From an uncultured Bacteroides sp. (lineage in GTDB: Bacteria > Bacteroidota > Bacteroidia > Bacteroidales > Muribaculaceae), in the NCBI GenBank assembly GCA_964556785.1, contig CAZKXM010000001.1, forward strand, positions 1-60,762: a stretch of DNA of 60,762 nucleotides, given 5' to 3'. The notes below the pieces were generated by a model, which was not told where the DNA came from, did no database searches, and saw only the letters and a list, made by a program, of their open reading frames with translations. Of the stretch, positions 9,111-18,911 are shown in pieces. Made by a program: the position numbers and the translations under genes. The stretch's first letter is position 1; each line of letters starts with the position of its first letter.

Positions 9111-9695
9111 ATGTTCAATCTTGTTATTTTCGGTGCCCCCGGCAGCGGCAAGGGGACACAGAGCGAGAAGATAATCGAGGCTTACGGCCTTCACCACATA
9201 TCGACCGGCGAACTGCTGCGCGACCAGATTTCGCGCGGCACTGAGCTTGGCAAGATTGCCGACAGCTACATCTCGAAGGGTCAACTGATTCCTGACGATC
9301 TGATGATCAGGATTCTGGAGTCGGAGCTCGACACTCCCAAGGCCAGCAAGGGGGTGATTTTCGACGGGTTTCCGCGCACCATTCCGCAGGCCGACGCCCT
9401 GAAGGAGATGCTCGCACGCCGCGGTACTAAGATCCACACCGTGGTGGGGCTGGAGGTTGACGACGACGAACTTGTTGACCGCCTTATCAAGCGAGGCAAG
9501 GACTCGGGCCGCAGCGACGACAATCCCGACACTATCCAGGAGCGCCTGAAGGTGTATCACAGCACAACGCAGCCGCTGCGCGACTATTACACGAACGAAG
9601 GTCACTATCACGCTGTTAAAGGCGAAGGCTCGGTCGACGACATCTTCACCAAGATAAAAGATCATATCGACGCCAAGACCAAGGAAACCGACTGA
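9111..9695 (+). CDS. adk: adenylate kinase
   Basis: It has the P-loop GAPGSGKGTQ and ISTGELLR. Confidence 0.95.
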   Translation: MFNLVIFGAPGSGKGTQSEKIIEAYGLHHISTGELLRDQISRGTELGKIADSYISKGQLIPDDLMIRILESELDTPKASKGVIFDGFPRTIPQADALKEMLARRGTKIHTVVGLEVDDDELVDRLIKRGKDSGRSDDNPDTIQERLKVYHSTTQPLRDYYTNEGHYHAVKGEGSVDDIFTKIKDHIDAKTKETD

Positions 9696-9726
9696 TACGC
9701 GCGGGCACCTGCTGCCGCGTCACAAA

Positions 9727-10266
9727 TTATTCGTCGGCAAGCTCGGCGGCAGTGTAGCGCAGATGATTGAGCGGACGCATGACATTGCACAGCGTCTGAC
9801 TCCAGTAGCCCTCGAAGTCCTCCTTGACCGCGAGCAGGATTGATGGAATGACGGGCACAAGGGCCTCTCTCACCATCTCGGTGAAATTGTAAAGCACCTG
9901 AAATATATCGGCGAGACTCTCCGAAATGCTTGCGGCAATCGGGGTGTCGGAGTATTTCATGTCGGCCTCGAAGGTTTCGAGATACACGTCGTCGGGACCC
10001 AGCAGAGCTTCGACGGCAGTGCGCACCGATTCATAGTAGTCTTCCTCGAGCGCCTGCTCGATGTAGGCCGACTCTTCATCGGCATCTGTGGCGGCGGGCA
10101 GGTCGGCGGCTGCCATATAGATGCGCGGGAGCAGTCTGACCATCCGGGCTACAAAATCGGTACGGTCAGTTTCGCGGGCACTCTCAAGCGCCTGACAGTA
10201 TTCATTGGCAAGAGCTATGAAGGCCAGCATGCCCGGGGAGAGGATTGATGAATGTGATTCCTGCAT
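9727..10266 (-). CDS. conserved hypothetical protein (DUF5063-like, by recollection)
   Basis: An acidic helical protein of about 179 aa, last gene of the yicC-gmk-nadD string. ATG is at 10266; the track start at 10269 is a GTG. Confidence 0.6.
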   Translation of the reverse strand: MQESHSSILSPGMLAFIALANEYCQALESARETDRTDFVARMVRLLPRIYMAAADLPAATDADEESAYIEQALEEDYYESVRTAVEALLGPDDVYLETFEADMKYSDTPIAASISESLADIFQVLYNFTEMVREALVPVIPSILLAVKEDFEGYWSQTLCNVMRPLNHLRYTAAELADE

Positions 10267-10268
10267 CA

Positions 10269-10868
10269 CTACGATTTGCGTTTATAGATTGAGTGTTCCT
10301 TTATATAATCATATACTCCCGGAGGGAGGAAAAAGTTCATGTCCTTGCCGCGCGAAATGGCATTTCTGACAAAAGTGCTCGAAAGCGACGACATCGGCGC
10401 ATCCACCACTTCCATGCCGTCTTCGTAGCGGTGAGGCACCGGATATCCGGGACGTGGATAAACCAGCACTCCGAATTCCTCGAGAATCGCCTCATAATCC
10501 TTCCACTGCTCGAATATGCGCCAGTTGTCGCTGCCGATAATCAGTTTGAAATGCTTGTTGCGGTAGCGGCGCTGCAGAAGGCGGAGGGTGTTGATGGTGT
10601 AGCTCGGCCGGGGCATTGAAAGCTCGATGTCGCACACTCCTATCCCCTCGCCTGCGTCGCGAGTTGCAATCTTCAGCATTTCAAGGCGCTGAAGATCGGG
10701 GATCAGCTCATCGGGATGCGATTTGAGCGGATTGAGCGGCGAGAGAGTGAGCCACACGGCGTCGAGCCCGCAGAATTGCTTGAGATAGCTCGCGAGCATC
10801 AGGTGGCCTATGTGTACCGGATTGAACGAACCGCCGAGAATTCCGATAACGCTATGGTCAGAACTCAT
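10269..10868 (-). CDS. nadD: nicotinate-nucleotide adenylyltransferase
   Basis: It has GILGGSFNPVHIGH (the H/TxGH motif). It shows an ATGA overlap with the gmk stop and ends in TAG. Confidence 0.9.
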   Translation of the reverse strand: MSSDHSVIGILGGSFNPVHIGHLMLASYLKQFCGLDAVWLTLSPLNPLKSHPDELIPDLQRLEMLKIATRDAGEGIGVCDIELSMPRPSYTINTLRLLQRRYRNKHFKLIIGSDNWRIFEQWKDYEAILEEFGVLVYPRPGYPVPHRYEDGMEVVDAPMSSLSSTFVRNAISRGKDMNFFLPPGVYDYIKEHSIYKRKS

Positions 10869-11434
10869 TGTTTCAGGAAATTTTTGATGGTAGCATCGAC
10901 TTCAGCCACAGCCTTGTCAAGCACATCGTTGACAATGACGAAATCAAATTTCGGAGCGTAGCCGATCTCTTCGGCAGCTTTGCCTACGCGCTTCTCAATC
11001 TCCTCGGGCGAGTCGGTGGCGCGCGCTGTAAGGCGCTCTCTCAAGGCTTCGACACAGGGCGGTTTGATGAAAATGGAGATTGCGCGATCGCCGAGCTGAT
11101 TCCTGACATTGACCGCTCCCTTGACATCGATGTCAAGGATGCAGTTGTGGCCCTGCCCGCAGATGCGGTCGATCTCCGAGCGCAGTGTGCCGTAGAAACG
11201 ACCCGGGTAAACCTCCTCGAATTCCAGAAAATCGCCTGCGTCAATGTGACGGCTGAACTCAGCGTCGTCAAGAAAATAATAATGCTGTCCGTCAACCTCA
11301 CCTATGCGCGGCTTGCGGTTGGTGGCCGAGACCGAGAAACGCATGTCGATCTCCCCTTTGTCGAGAAGCGACTTTATTATCGTTGATTTTCCGCAACCTG
11401 AGGGTGCCGATATAATGATAACCTTTCCTTCCAT
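10865..11434 (-). CDS. gmk: guanylate kinase
   Basis: It has the P-loop SAPSGCGKST and a guanylate-kinase core. Confidence 0.93.
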   Translation of the reverse strand: MEGKVIIISAPSGCGKSTIIKSLLDKGEIDMRFSVSATNRKPRIGEVDGQHYYFLDDAEFSRHIDAGDFLEFEEVYPGRFYGTLRSEIDRICGQGHNCILDIDVKGAVNVRNQLGDRAISIFIKPPCVEALRERLTARATDSPEEIEKRVGKAAEEIGYAPKFDFVIVNDVLDKAVAEVDATIKNFLKQ

Positions 11435-11441
11435 CGGCGCG

Positions 11442-12323
11442 TCACATTACGTTGAGAACCTGTTCCTTGATCTGCTCGAGCTCATCCTTCATCTTCACCA
11501 CAAGGCGCTGCATGTCGGCATGATTGCTTTTCGATCCGAGGGTGTTGATCTCGCGACCCATCTCCTGTGCGATGAAGCCGAGCTTCTTACCCTGACCGGG
11601 GGCCGAGTCCATTGTTTCGAGGAAATAGCTCATGTGGGCTCCAAGGCGCTGCTTTTCTTCGTGGACATCGAGCTTCTCGATGTAGAAAATCATTTCCTGT
11701 TCCAGCCGGCCGTGATCGATCTCAACCTGCGAGAGCGACCGGAGGTTTTCAGTGATACGCAAGCGAATGCGGTCGACGCGCTCCACCTCATACACCTCCA
11801 CTTCGTCAAGATACCCGCGAATCTGGGCTATACGGTCGGCAAAAAATCCTTCGAGGCGTGCACCCTCCTGACGGCGAAATTCCATCAGTTCGTCGAGCGT
11901 GGCATCGAGAGCGGCAAACACCCGCTCGCGCTCCTGCTCGTCGAGCTCGTCGGCCGCGCCGTCTGAAGCCTTGAGCACTTCAGGCAGGCGGAGAAATGTG
12001 GCATACCAGTCAGACGGTTCGGGAATCTCGAGTGCCGCCGAAATTTCTTCTATCTGCTCCTTATAGGCCTTGACAGCCTCCAGATCGATCGTCGGCACGC
12101 CTGATTTCCCCTGATTTTCAAACTGTAGGGTGACATCGATTTTGCCGCGCTGCAACACACCTGCAACGCGGTTGCGGATCTCCATCTCCAGTTCACGCGC
12201 AAGCGACGGCACTCTCACTGAAATATCGGCCTGCTTGCTGTTAAGCGATTTAATTTCAAGAATTATTTTTCTATCGGGTGTTTCCACAACGGATTTCCCG
12301 AATCCCGTCATTGAAAGTAACAT
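11442..12323 (-). CDS. yicC: YicC/YloC family stress-induced protein
   Basis: The N-terminus MLLSMTGFGKS is typical of the family, and the C-terminal region matches YicC. Confidence 0.85.
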   Translation of the reverse strand: MLLSMTGFGKSVVETPDRKIILEIKSLNSKQADISVRVPSLARELEMEIRNRVAGVLQRGKIDVTLQFENQGKSGVPTIDLEAVKAYKEQIEEISAALEIPEPSDWYATFLRLPEVLKASDGAADELDEQERERVFAALDATLDELMEFRRQEGARLEGFFADRIAQIRGYLDEVEVYEVERVDRIRLRITENLRSLSQVEIDHGRLEQEMIFYIEKLDVHEEKQRLGAHMSYFLETMDSAPGQGKKLGFIAQEMGREINTLGSKSNHADMQRLVVKMKDELEQIKEQVLNVM

Positions 12324-12399
12324 CGACTGAATGGTTTATTTTTCACAAAAATACAGATTTTGACCGATAAATCGCTAATTTTGCATAAAAATTCCGACC

Positions 12400-13089
12400 A
12401 TGGCAGTGATACTCAATATCGAGACATCGACCGATGTCTGCTCGGCGGCTCTCACAGCCGAAGGGAGCGTGCTCACTCATTTCGAGGATTTCTCGGGGCG
12501 TAATCATGCGGCACTTCTGAGCGGCTTCGTCAAGGATTGTCTCGACCATGCGCGCGACCATGAGATTTCGCTCGACGCAGTGGCTGTGTCGCTCGGTCCG
12601 GGCAGCTACACTGGCCTGCGCATAGGCCTGAGCGAGGCCAAGGGGCTGGCTTATGCCCTCGATGTCCCGCTGATAGGGGTCAGCACCCTTCAGCTGCTCG
12701 CTGTCGAAGCAATGTTCAGCAGCCACTATCAGGGCGAGCCCTTCTTCGCCCCGATGATCGATGCGCGCCGCATGGAGGTCTACACCGCAGCCTATAATCT
12801 GAGCCTTGAGACGGAAGTTGAGCCCTGCGCCATGATTCTTGATGCCGACTGTTTCCATGAGCTTCTCGACCGCGGCGAAACGGTGTTCTGCGGAAACGGG
12901 AGCGACAAAGCACGCGAGGTCATCACCCATCCCAACGCGAGGTTTATTCCCAACATAGTGCCACTGGCCTCGCAGATGACAGCGCTGGCCGAGCGCGCAT
13001 GGCACAAGCGGGAATTTATCGACACGGCCTATTCTGTCCCTGAATACATCAAGGATTTTCAGGCGCTAAAACCAAAGCGACCATTCTGA
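12400..13089 (+). CDS. tsaB: tRNA t6A biosynthesis protein TsaB
   Basis: ILNIETSTDVCSAAL.., GPGSYTGLRIG. Confidence 0.88.
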   Translation: MAVILNIETSTDVCSAALTAEGSVLTHFEDFSGRNHAALLSGFVKDCLDHARDHEISLDAVAVSLGPGSYTGLRIGLSEAKGLAYALDVPLIGVSTLQLLAVEAMFSSHYQGEPFFAPMIDARRMEVYTAAYNLSLETEVEPCAMILDADCFHELLDRGETVFCGNGSDKAREVITHPNARFIPNIVPLASQMTALAERAWHKREFIDTAYSVPEYIKDFQALKPKRPF

Positions 13090-13091
13090 CA

Positions 13092-14546
13092 TCAGGTCTT
13101 GCGGGCGGCATCGAGCCTGAGCAGGATAAACAGAAGCAGCGTGAATCCCCACAGCGAGGAGCCGCCGTAGCTGAAAAACGGAAGCGGGATGCCGATCACC
13201 GGGCAGAGCCCGATCACCATTCCCACGTTGATCACAAGATGGAAAATGAAATATGACGCCACGCAGTAGCCGTAGACTCGCGAAAAAACACTCTGCTGCC
13301 GTTCAGACAGTGATATAATCCTGTAGATCAACGCCAGAAAAGCAATCAGCACAACAGCCGAGCCTAAGAAGCCCTCCTCCTCGCCGATAGTGCAGAAAAT
13401 GAAGTCGGTGTGTTGTTCGGGCACATATTTGAGCTTGGTCTGGGTGCCGTTGAGATATCCCTTACCGAACATTCCTCCAGAGCCGATGGCGATCTTTGAC
13501 TGATTGACGTTATATCCCACTCCGCGCAGGTCTTCCTCCATGCCGAGAGCCACCATGATACGCATTTTCTGATGATGCTGGAGCACGTTGTTGAACACGA
13601 AACCGGTGCTGAACACAAACACCATCGACACCATCACCGACCCGATCACGAGCCCCATGCGGCGCGCTCCGGTGTGATACTTGATAAAGAGCCCGTATCC
13701 GCACGCAACGAGCAGCACGAAGATAAAATAGGCGTAGCCCGAAACCGACACTCCACAGATTGTGAGCACCGACGCTATCACCGAGGTGCCCGCAAACCAG
13801 AAAAAGAGATTGCGTGCCTCGAAAGGACGGCGGCAATATCCGGCAACCATCAGCACCATCAGCACCATGATCAGGCCGAACACGATCATCATTCCCAGGG
13901 GGACACCCATCACCAGCGGGGAAGAATATTTTATCGCCACTACGAAGAACACAACCGCGCAAAGCGCCGCAAGAAGCACCAGGCCGCTCATTCCCTCGCG
14001 GTAGAGCACAAAGAAGAGCGCCAGGAAAGTGAGGGCCGATCCCGTTTCCTTCTGCGCCAGGATCAGCAGGATCGGCACAAAAATGATTGCAAGGGCTTTA
14101 TAATAGTTTCCGCGCTCGGCATTCAGGTTGAAATTATACCCCGAAAAAAGTTTTGCGAGAGCCAGCGCGGTCGTACATTTGGCAAATTCGGCCGGCTGCA
14201 GGCTCATAGGGCCTATCTGCAACCATGAACGTGAGCCATTGATCTCGCGGGCAAGGAAGATAGTGAGAAACAGCACTATCAGCATCACGAGATAGGCCGG
14301 ATAGGCATAGGTCTCGAAGATTCTCGAATCGAGCAACAATATCATCAACCCGAGTCCTAACGACAGCCCGATCCATCTGATCTGCTTCCCCGAGAAGTGG
14401 GCGAACGAAAAGAAGCCGGGATCATCGTAGTTATAACTTGCCGAATAGATGGTCAGAGCTCCGGCAATCACCAGAATCAGGTAAATCCCGACCGTTATCC
14501 AGTCGACATTGCGGAAAACTGAGTTATTAGTGCTTTTTAGTGCCAC
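13092..14546 (-). CDS. rodA: rod shape-determining protein RodA (SEDS family)
   Basis: A polytopic FtsW/RodA/SpoVE-type sequence (..PLPFFSYGGSS..), downstream of mrdA. Confidence 0.9.
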   Translation of the reverse strand: MALKSTNNSVFRNVDWITVGIYLILVIAGALTIYSASYNYDDPGFFSFAHFSGKQIRWIGLSLGLGLMILLLDSRIFETYAYPAYLVMLIVLFLTIFLAREINGSRSWLQIGPMSLQPAEFAKCTTALALAKLFSGYNFNLNAERGNYYKALAIIFVPILLILAQKETGSALTFLALFFVLYREGMSGLVLLAALCAVVFFVVAIKYSSPLVMGVPLGMMIVFGLIMVLMVLMVAGYCRRPFEARNLFFWFAGTSVIASVLTICGVSVSGYAYFIFVLLVACGYGLFIKYHTGARRMGLVIGSVMVSMVFVFSTGFVFNNVLQHHQKMRIMVALGMEEDLRGVGYNVNQSKIAIGSGGMFGKGYLNGTQTKLKYVPEQHTDFIFCTIGEEEGFLGSAVVLIAFLALIYRIISLSERQQSVFSRVYGYCVASYFIFHLVINVGMVIGLCPVIGIPLPFFSYGGSSLWGFTLLLFILLRLDAARKT

Positions 14547-16389
14547 TATACTGGATTGTATTGGATTGTAACATACGCTGCTCGAGCCCTTTCCTGGCGG
14601 GCGAAATCGATCCTTTGAGATACTTTTCGATCACGAGCGAACCGATAGGCACACCGAAGGCCGCTCCAAAGCCGGCATTCTCAACATACACGGCCACTGC
14701 AATCTTGGGATTGTTGAACGGAGCGAAGCCCATGAAGGCAGAGTGGTCGCGGCCGTGCGGATTCTGAGCGGTACCGGTCTTTCCGGCCACTTCAATGTCA
14801 GGCAGGTCGGCGGCACGGCATGTGCCACCAGTGACAGCCATGCGCATGCCCTGAGCCACGGCGTTGTAATGCGACGGATTGATTGTCGGCACGCGGCGAC
14901 GGGTGAATTCGCTGTCTATCACAGTATCTTCAATCTCCTTGACAACATGAGGCGTCACGAACCATCCGCGGTTTGCCACGGTGGCACAGAGGTTGGCAAT
15001 CTGCAAGGGGGTTGCGAGAATCTCGCCCTGCCCGATCGACACCGAGATGATGGTGTTGGCGCTCCAGCGGTTTTCGCCGTAGCGGTCGTTGTAGGTTTTG
15101 GAGTTGGGGAGATAGCCGCGCTTCTCACCGGGAAGGTCAATTCCCAGAGGATAGCCATAGCCCATGCTGACAAGATGGTTTTTCCAGACTTCAAACGCGT
15201 TGGCCGGATTGCCATACTTGCTGCGGCGGTCAATCATGTTCTTGAATCCCCAGCAGAAATAGGCATTGCATGATGTCTGCAGTGCAGGCATCAGGGCTAT
15301 CGGCGACGCATGCCCGTGACAGCCCACTCTAAGTCCGCCGTTGATATACCCGCGGTAACACGGATAGGTCGTGCCGAGCCCCACAATTCCCTCCTGCAGG
15401 AAAATGAGCCCCTGCGAAGGCTTGAAGGTTGATCCGGGAGGATAACCGGCCATGATTGCGCGGTCGTAAAGCGGGCGGTCGGGATCAGTGACCAGACGTG
15501 CATAGTTGCGGCCACGCTCACGACCCACAAGCAGGTTCGGATCATACGTCGGGCTTGAAACGAGACAGAGAATTTCGCCCGTTTCGGGCTCAATCGCCAC
15601 AACAGCTCCTTTTTTGTTGACCATCAGCGACTCGGCATACTGCTGGAGATCGATATCGATCGAGAGCTTCAGGTTGCGTCCGCTCACGGCTGCAATGTCG
15701 TGGCGCCCGTTTTCATAGCGGCCCTGGATTCGGCCGAGCGCGTTTCTGATATATATCTCCTGTCCCTTCTCGCCACGAAGAAATTTCTCATAGCTTTTCT
15801 CGATACCGAGGTCGCCGGTGTAGTCGCCGGGCGAGTAATAATCATCGGCCTCGATGTCCTTTTGCGAAACCTCGCGGATATTGCCCAGAACATTTGCCGC
15901 CACACTGCGGTCATACTGACGGAGAATGCGCTTCTGAATAAAGAATCCGGGGAACTTATACAGCTTCTCCTGCAAGCGCCCGTAATCCTCCATCGAGAGG
16001 TGTGTGAGCAGTCGCTGGGGTGAATACTTCGAATAGCCCGGATTGAGACGCCTGTCGCTCATGTCGGCGAAGCGGCGCCGTAGTTCCTCGGGAGTGATTG
16101 AGACGGCACGGCAAAACTCGAGGGTGTCAAACTCCTGCACGTCGCGCGGCACCAGCATGACATCAAATGCAGCCTGATTGTAAACGACAATCCGTCCCTC
16201 GCGGTCATAGATAATGCCTCGCGATGGATAAACCGTCTGACGAAGGAATGCATTTGAATCGGCCGAGTCGCGATACTTGGTGTTTAGAACCTGCAGGCTG
16301 AAAAGCCTCACCAGATAAATGCAGACTATCACGAAGATGAATCCGCCGATCACATATTTACGTTTCTCAAGCCTATAATCTTTTCTCAC
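14527..16389 (-). CDS. mrdA: penicillin-binding protein 2
   Basis: It has an N-terminal TM anchor, an STFKP active-site motif and KTGTA. It overlaps rodA by 20 nt. Confidence 0.92.
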   Translation of the reverse strand: MRKDYRLEKRKYVIGGFIFVIVCIYLVRLFSLQVLNTKYRDSADSNAFLRQTVYPSRGIIYDREGRIVVYNQAAFDVMLVPRDVQEFDTLEFCRAVSITPEELRRRFADMSDRRLNPGYSKYSPQRLLTHLSMEDYGRLQEKLYKFPGFFIQKRILRQYDRSVAANVLGNIREVSQKDIEADDYYSPGDYTGDLGIEKSYEKFLRGEKGQEIYIRNALGRIQGRYENGRHDIAAVSGRNLKLSIDIDLQQYAESLMVNKKGAVVAIEPETGEILCLVSSPTYDPNLLVGRERGRNYARLVTDPDRPLYDRAIMAGYPPGSTFKPSQGLIFLQEGIVGLGTTYPCYRGYINGGLRVGCHGHASPIALMPALQTSCNAYFCWGFKNMIDRRSKYGNPANAFEVWKNHLVSMGYGYPLGIDLPGEKRGYLPNSKTYNDRYGENRWSANTIISVSIGQGEILATPLQIANLCATVANRGWFVTPHVVKEIEDTVIDSEFTRRRVPTINPSHYNAVAQGMRMAVTGGTCRAADLPDIEVAGKTGTAQNPHGRDHSAFMGFAPFNNPKIAVAVYVENAGFGAAFGVPIGSLVIEKYLKGSISPARKGLEQRMLQSNTIQYSGTKKH

Positions 16390-16894
16390 GCCGGTTGGAG
16401 ATAAGGCAGTCGATGCCGAACATTATAGCTACTGACAGCACTGTGCTTGATACGATACGCAACAGTAACCGCCATATGTTGAAGAATGTAAAACTCTCGA
16501 TAGTGAAAATCAGAGCGCAATAGAGGAGGGTCATTGTCAGCAGATAGCGGGCATAGACACTCCGTCCGAGCGAGTAGGCCGACGGAATCTGATCGGCCGG
16601 TTCATCGCCGCGCGACATGTAGAGCCTCAGCACGGGGCGGCGGAGCATGGCCGCTACGGTGCATGCGAGGGCGTTCATGCCGTAGGTGTCAGAAAACATA
16701 TCAACCGTCAGTCCGAGCAGAAACCCGACCGTCAGCACCCAGTTGACCGACAGATTGACCGGGAGCTTGAACAGCGCGTAGACGAAAACGATCGGCACTG
16801 CCACACCGAACAGACAGATGTGATTGAACACAACTCCCTGCACCAGGATAAGCACCAGTGTCAACACGGTCAATGTGATTGCCGACTTGTTCAT
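16373..16894 (-). CDS. mreD: rod shape-determining protein MreD
   Basis: A small polytopic membrane protein between mreC and mrdA. Confidence 0.8.
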   Translation of the reverse strand: MNKSAITLTVLTLVLILVQGVVFNHICLFGVAVPIVFVYALFKLPVNLSVNWVLTVGFLLGLTVDMFSDTYGMNALACTVAAMLRRPVLRLYMSRGDEPADQIPSAYSLGRSVYARYLLTMTLLYCALIFTIESFTFFNIWRLLLRIVSSTVLSVAIMFGIDCLISNRREKRL

Positions 16895-17751
16895 TTCCCT
16901 TCAGGTTTGGTCTCTGATAAGTTTGTTTCAACTTCCCGAAGCTCATCGGTCATAGCGTCGACAACCACCCTAACGGTTGAAAGAGTAGAGAAATCGGTGA
17001 ACAGCTTGACCCGAAGCACATTGAAATTTCCATCGCTCTGGCTGCCTGACGATATCACCGTTCCGACAGGCACTCCCTCGGGGAAAGCTGTCGAATAACC
17101 GCTGGTTACGATCGTGTCGCCCTTCTTGAACTTTACGTGACGAGGCAACTCGCCGAGCACAGCCTCGCCAGGATCCTTGCCGTCCCACTGCAGGGTGCCG
17201 ACATATTCGCTACCCTTCACCTTGCACACCTGCCTGAAATAGGGATTCAGCACAGAGATTACGCGGGCCGTGTGGGGCCCTGTGAGGTTTACAATGCCGA
17301 CAACACCGTTGTGATCCACGACTCCCATTTCGGGCCTGACGCCGTCGAGCTCACCTTTGTGGAGTGTGATATAATTGTAGGGATGCGAGATGCTGTTGTT
17401 GATCACATCGGCTATGATGAAGCTGTAGCGCGACATCACTGAGTCAGTGGCGGTTGAGTCGGTGTAAAGCCTCAGCCGATAGTCTCTCACCTGGTCCTTA
17501 AGGCGGAGCACTTCCATCTCAAGGGCGGCGTTGCGTGCCTGCAGATCATCGTTGATATCGCGCAGGGCAAAATAGCCTGTCACGCTGTTCGACACTCCGT
17601 AGACGCTCGATGCCACCGCACCGGCCGAAGTGAGATAAACCGAATGCTGATAAGGGTTTGAGGTGAACAGAAAGACACAGCTCACTATCACATAGATAGC
17701 AAACAATATCCAGTTCGACGACCGGATCAGGAAGTTAAGTATCTCTCTCAC
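16891..17751 (-). CDS. mreC: rod shape-determining protein MreC
   Basis: It has an N-terminal TM segment, a coiled coil (..LEMEVLRLKDQV..) and a beta-rich C-terminal part. It lies downstream of mreB. Confidence 0.88.
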   Translation of the reverse strand: MREILNFLIRSSNWILFAIYVIVSCVFLFTSNPYQHSVYLTSAGAVASSVYGVSNSVTGYFALRDINDDLQARNAALEMEVLRLKDQVRDYRLRLYTDSTATDSVMSRYSFIIADVINNSISHPYNYITLHKGELDGVRPEMGVVDHNGVVGIVNLTGPHTARVISVLNPYFRQVCKVKGSEYVGTLQWDGKDPGEAVLGELPRHVKFKKGDTIVTSGYSTAFPEGVPVGTVISSGSQSDGNFNVLRVKLFTDFSTLSTVRVVVDAMTDELREVETNLSETKPEGK

Positions 17752-17834
17752 CTATGTTTGGAAACTCGCCGGTTAAAATCGCGGTGCCGGTTGAAGGCCC
17801 GTGGCTTGCTGAGGGCCGCTACGCCCTTATCCGG

Positions 17835-18866
17835 TCAACGGATAAGGAACGAGAAGCGATCGATGTTCTTGAGCGCCACGCCGGTGCCCTTAGCCACTGC
17901 CAGCAGAGGATCTTCGGCGGTGTGGAACTGAATGCCGATCTTGTCGGTGAGGCGCTTGTCGAGGCCGCGCAGCAGAGCGCCGCCGCCTGCGAGATAAATA
18001 CCGTTGCGCACAATATCGGAATAGAGCTCGGGAGGCGTCTGCTCAAGAGCCTGCAGCACGGCGGCCTCGATCTTGGCGATAGAGCGTTCCATAGCGTGCG
18101 AAACCTCCTGATAGCTTACGGGAACCTCCATCGGGAGAGCCGTCATCTTGTTGGGACCGTGAACGATATAGTCGGCCGGGGGATTCTCCAGCTCGGTCAG
18201 GGCCGAACCGACATGGATCTTGATCTGCTCGGCTGTGCGCTCGCCCACGCGGATGTTGTGAACGCGGCTCATGTGCTCGACAATATCGGCTGTGAGGTCG
18301 TCGCCGGCCATCGGGATCGATTTGTTGCTCACAATGCCACCCAGCGAAATCACGGCGATCTCGGTTGTGCCGCCGCCTATGTCGACAATCATGTTGCCCT
18401 CGGGTGCGAGCACATCGAGGCCTATACCGAGAGCGGCTGCCATAGGCTCATAGATCATGTAGACCTCGCGACCACCGGCATGCTCGGAGGAGTCGCGCAC
18501 GGCGCGGATCTCAACTTCGGTAGAGCCCGAAGGAATGCCGACTACCATCTTGAGCGAGGGCGAAAACCAGTTGCTCTTGGTGCTCGCCTTCTTCACGAGG
18601 CCGCGGATCATGATTTCGGCCGCGTTGAAGTCGGCGATCACACCCTTCTTGAGCGGGCGGATTGTCTCGATGCCGGGGTTTTCCTTACCCATCATCTCCT
18701 GAGCCTGATTGCCGACGGCAATAGGCTTTCCGGCGCGTTTTTCGAGCGCCACGATGGAGGGTTCGTCTATAACAATCTTATCGTTGTGGATAATGATAGT
18801 GTTGGCCGTACCAAGGTCAACAGCTATCTCCTTTGTAAGCGAAAAAAGTCCTGAAAAAAGTCCCAT
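17835..18866 (-). CDS. mreB: rod shape-determining protein MreB
   Basis: An actin-like ATPase: IAVDLGTANTII.., DIGGGTTEIAV. Confidence 0.95.
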   Translation of the reverse strand: MGLFSGLFSLTKEIAVDLGTANTIIIHNDKIVIDEPSIVALEKRAGKPIAVGNQAQEMMGKENPGIETIRPLKKGVIADFNAAEIMIRGLVKKASTKSNWFSPSLKMVVGIPSGSTEVEIRAVRDSSEHAGGREVYMIYEPMAAALGIGLDVLAPEGNMIVDIGGGTTEIAVISLGGIVSNKSIPMAGDDLTADIVEHMSRVHNIRVGERTAEQIKIHVGSALTELENPPADYIVHGPNKMTALPMEVPVSYQEVSHAMERSIAKIEAAVLQALEQTPPELYSDIVRNGIYLAGGGALLRGLDKRLTDKIGIQFHTAEDPLLAVAKGTGVALKNIDRFSFLIR

Positions 18867-18911
18867 AGGGGTTTTTGTGTGATTGTGGGAGTGAGGTTAA
18901 TTAAAAGTGGA

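Noticed and set aside
17754-18854. A 366-aa ORF antisense to mreB. Similar long antisense ORFs occur at 21149-22126 (opposite serA), 38871-39902 (amylase), 44277-45206 (HlyD), 18879-19712 (purH) and 24816-25598 (rarA).
   Set aside because: These are shadow ORFs. The sense genes avoid TTA/CTA/TCA codons, so the complementary frame lacks stops. The translations are low-complexity (Arg/Gly/His/Ala-rich) and have no recognisable motifs. Each lies wholly inside a well-supported gene.
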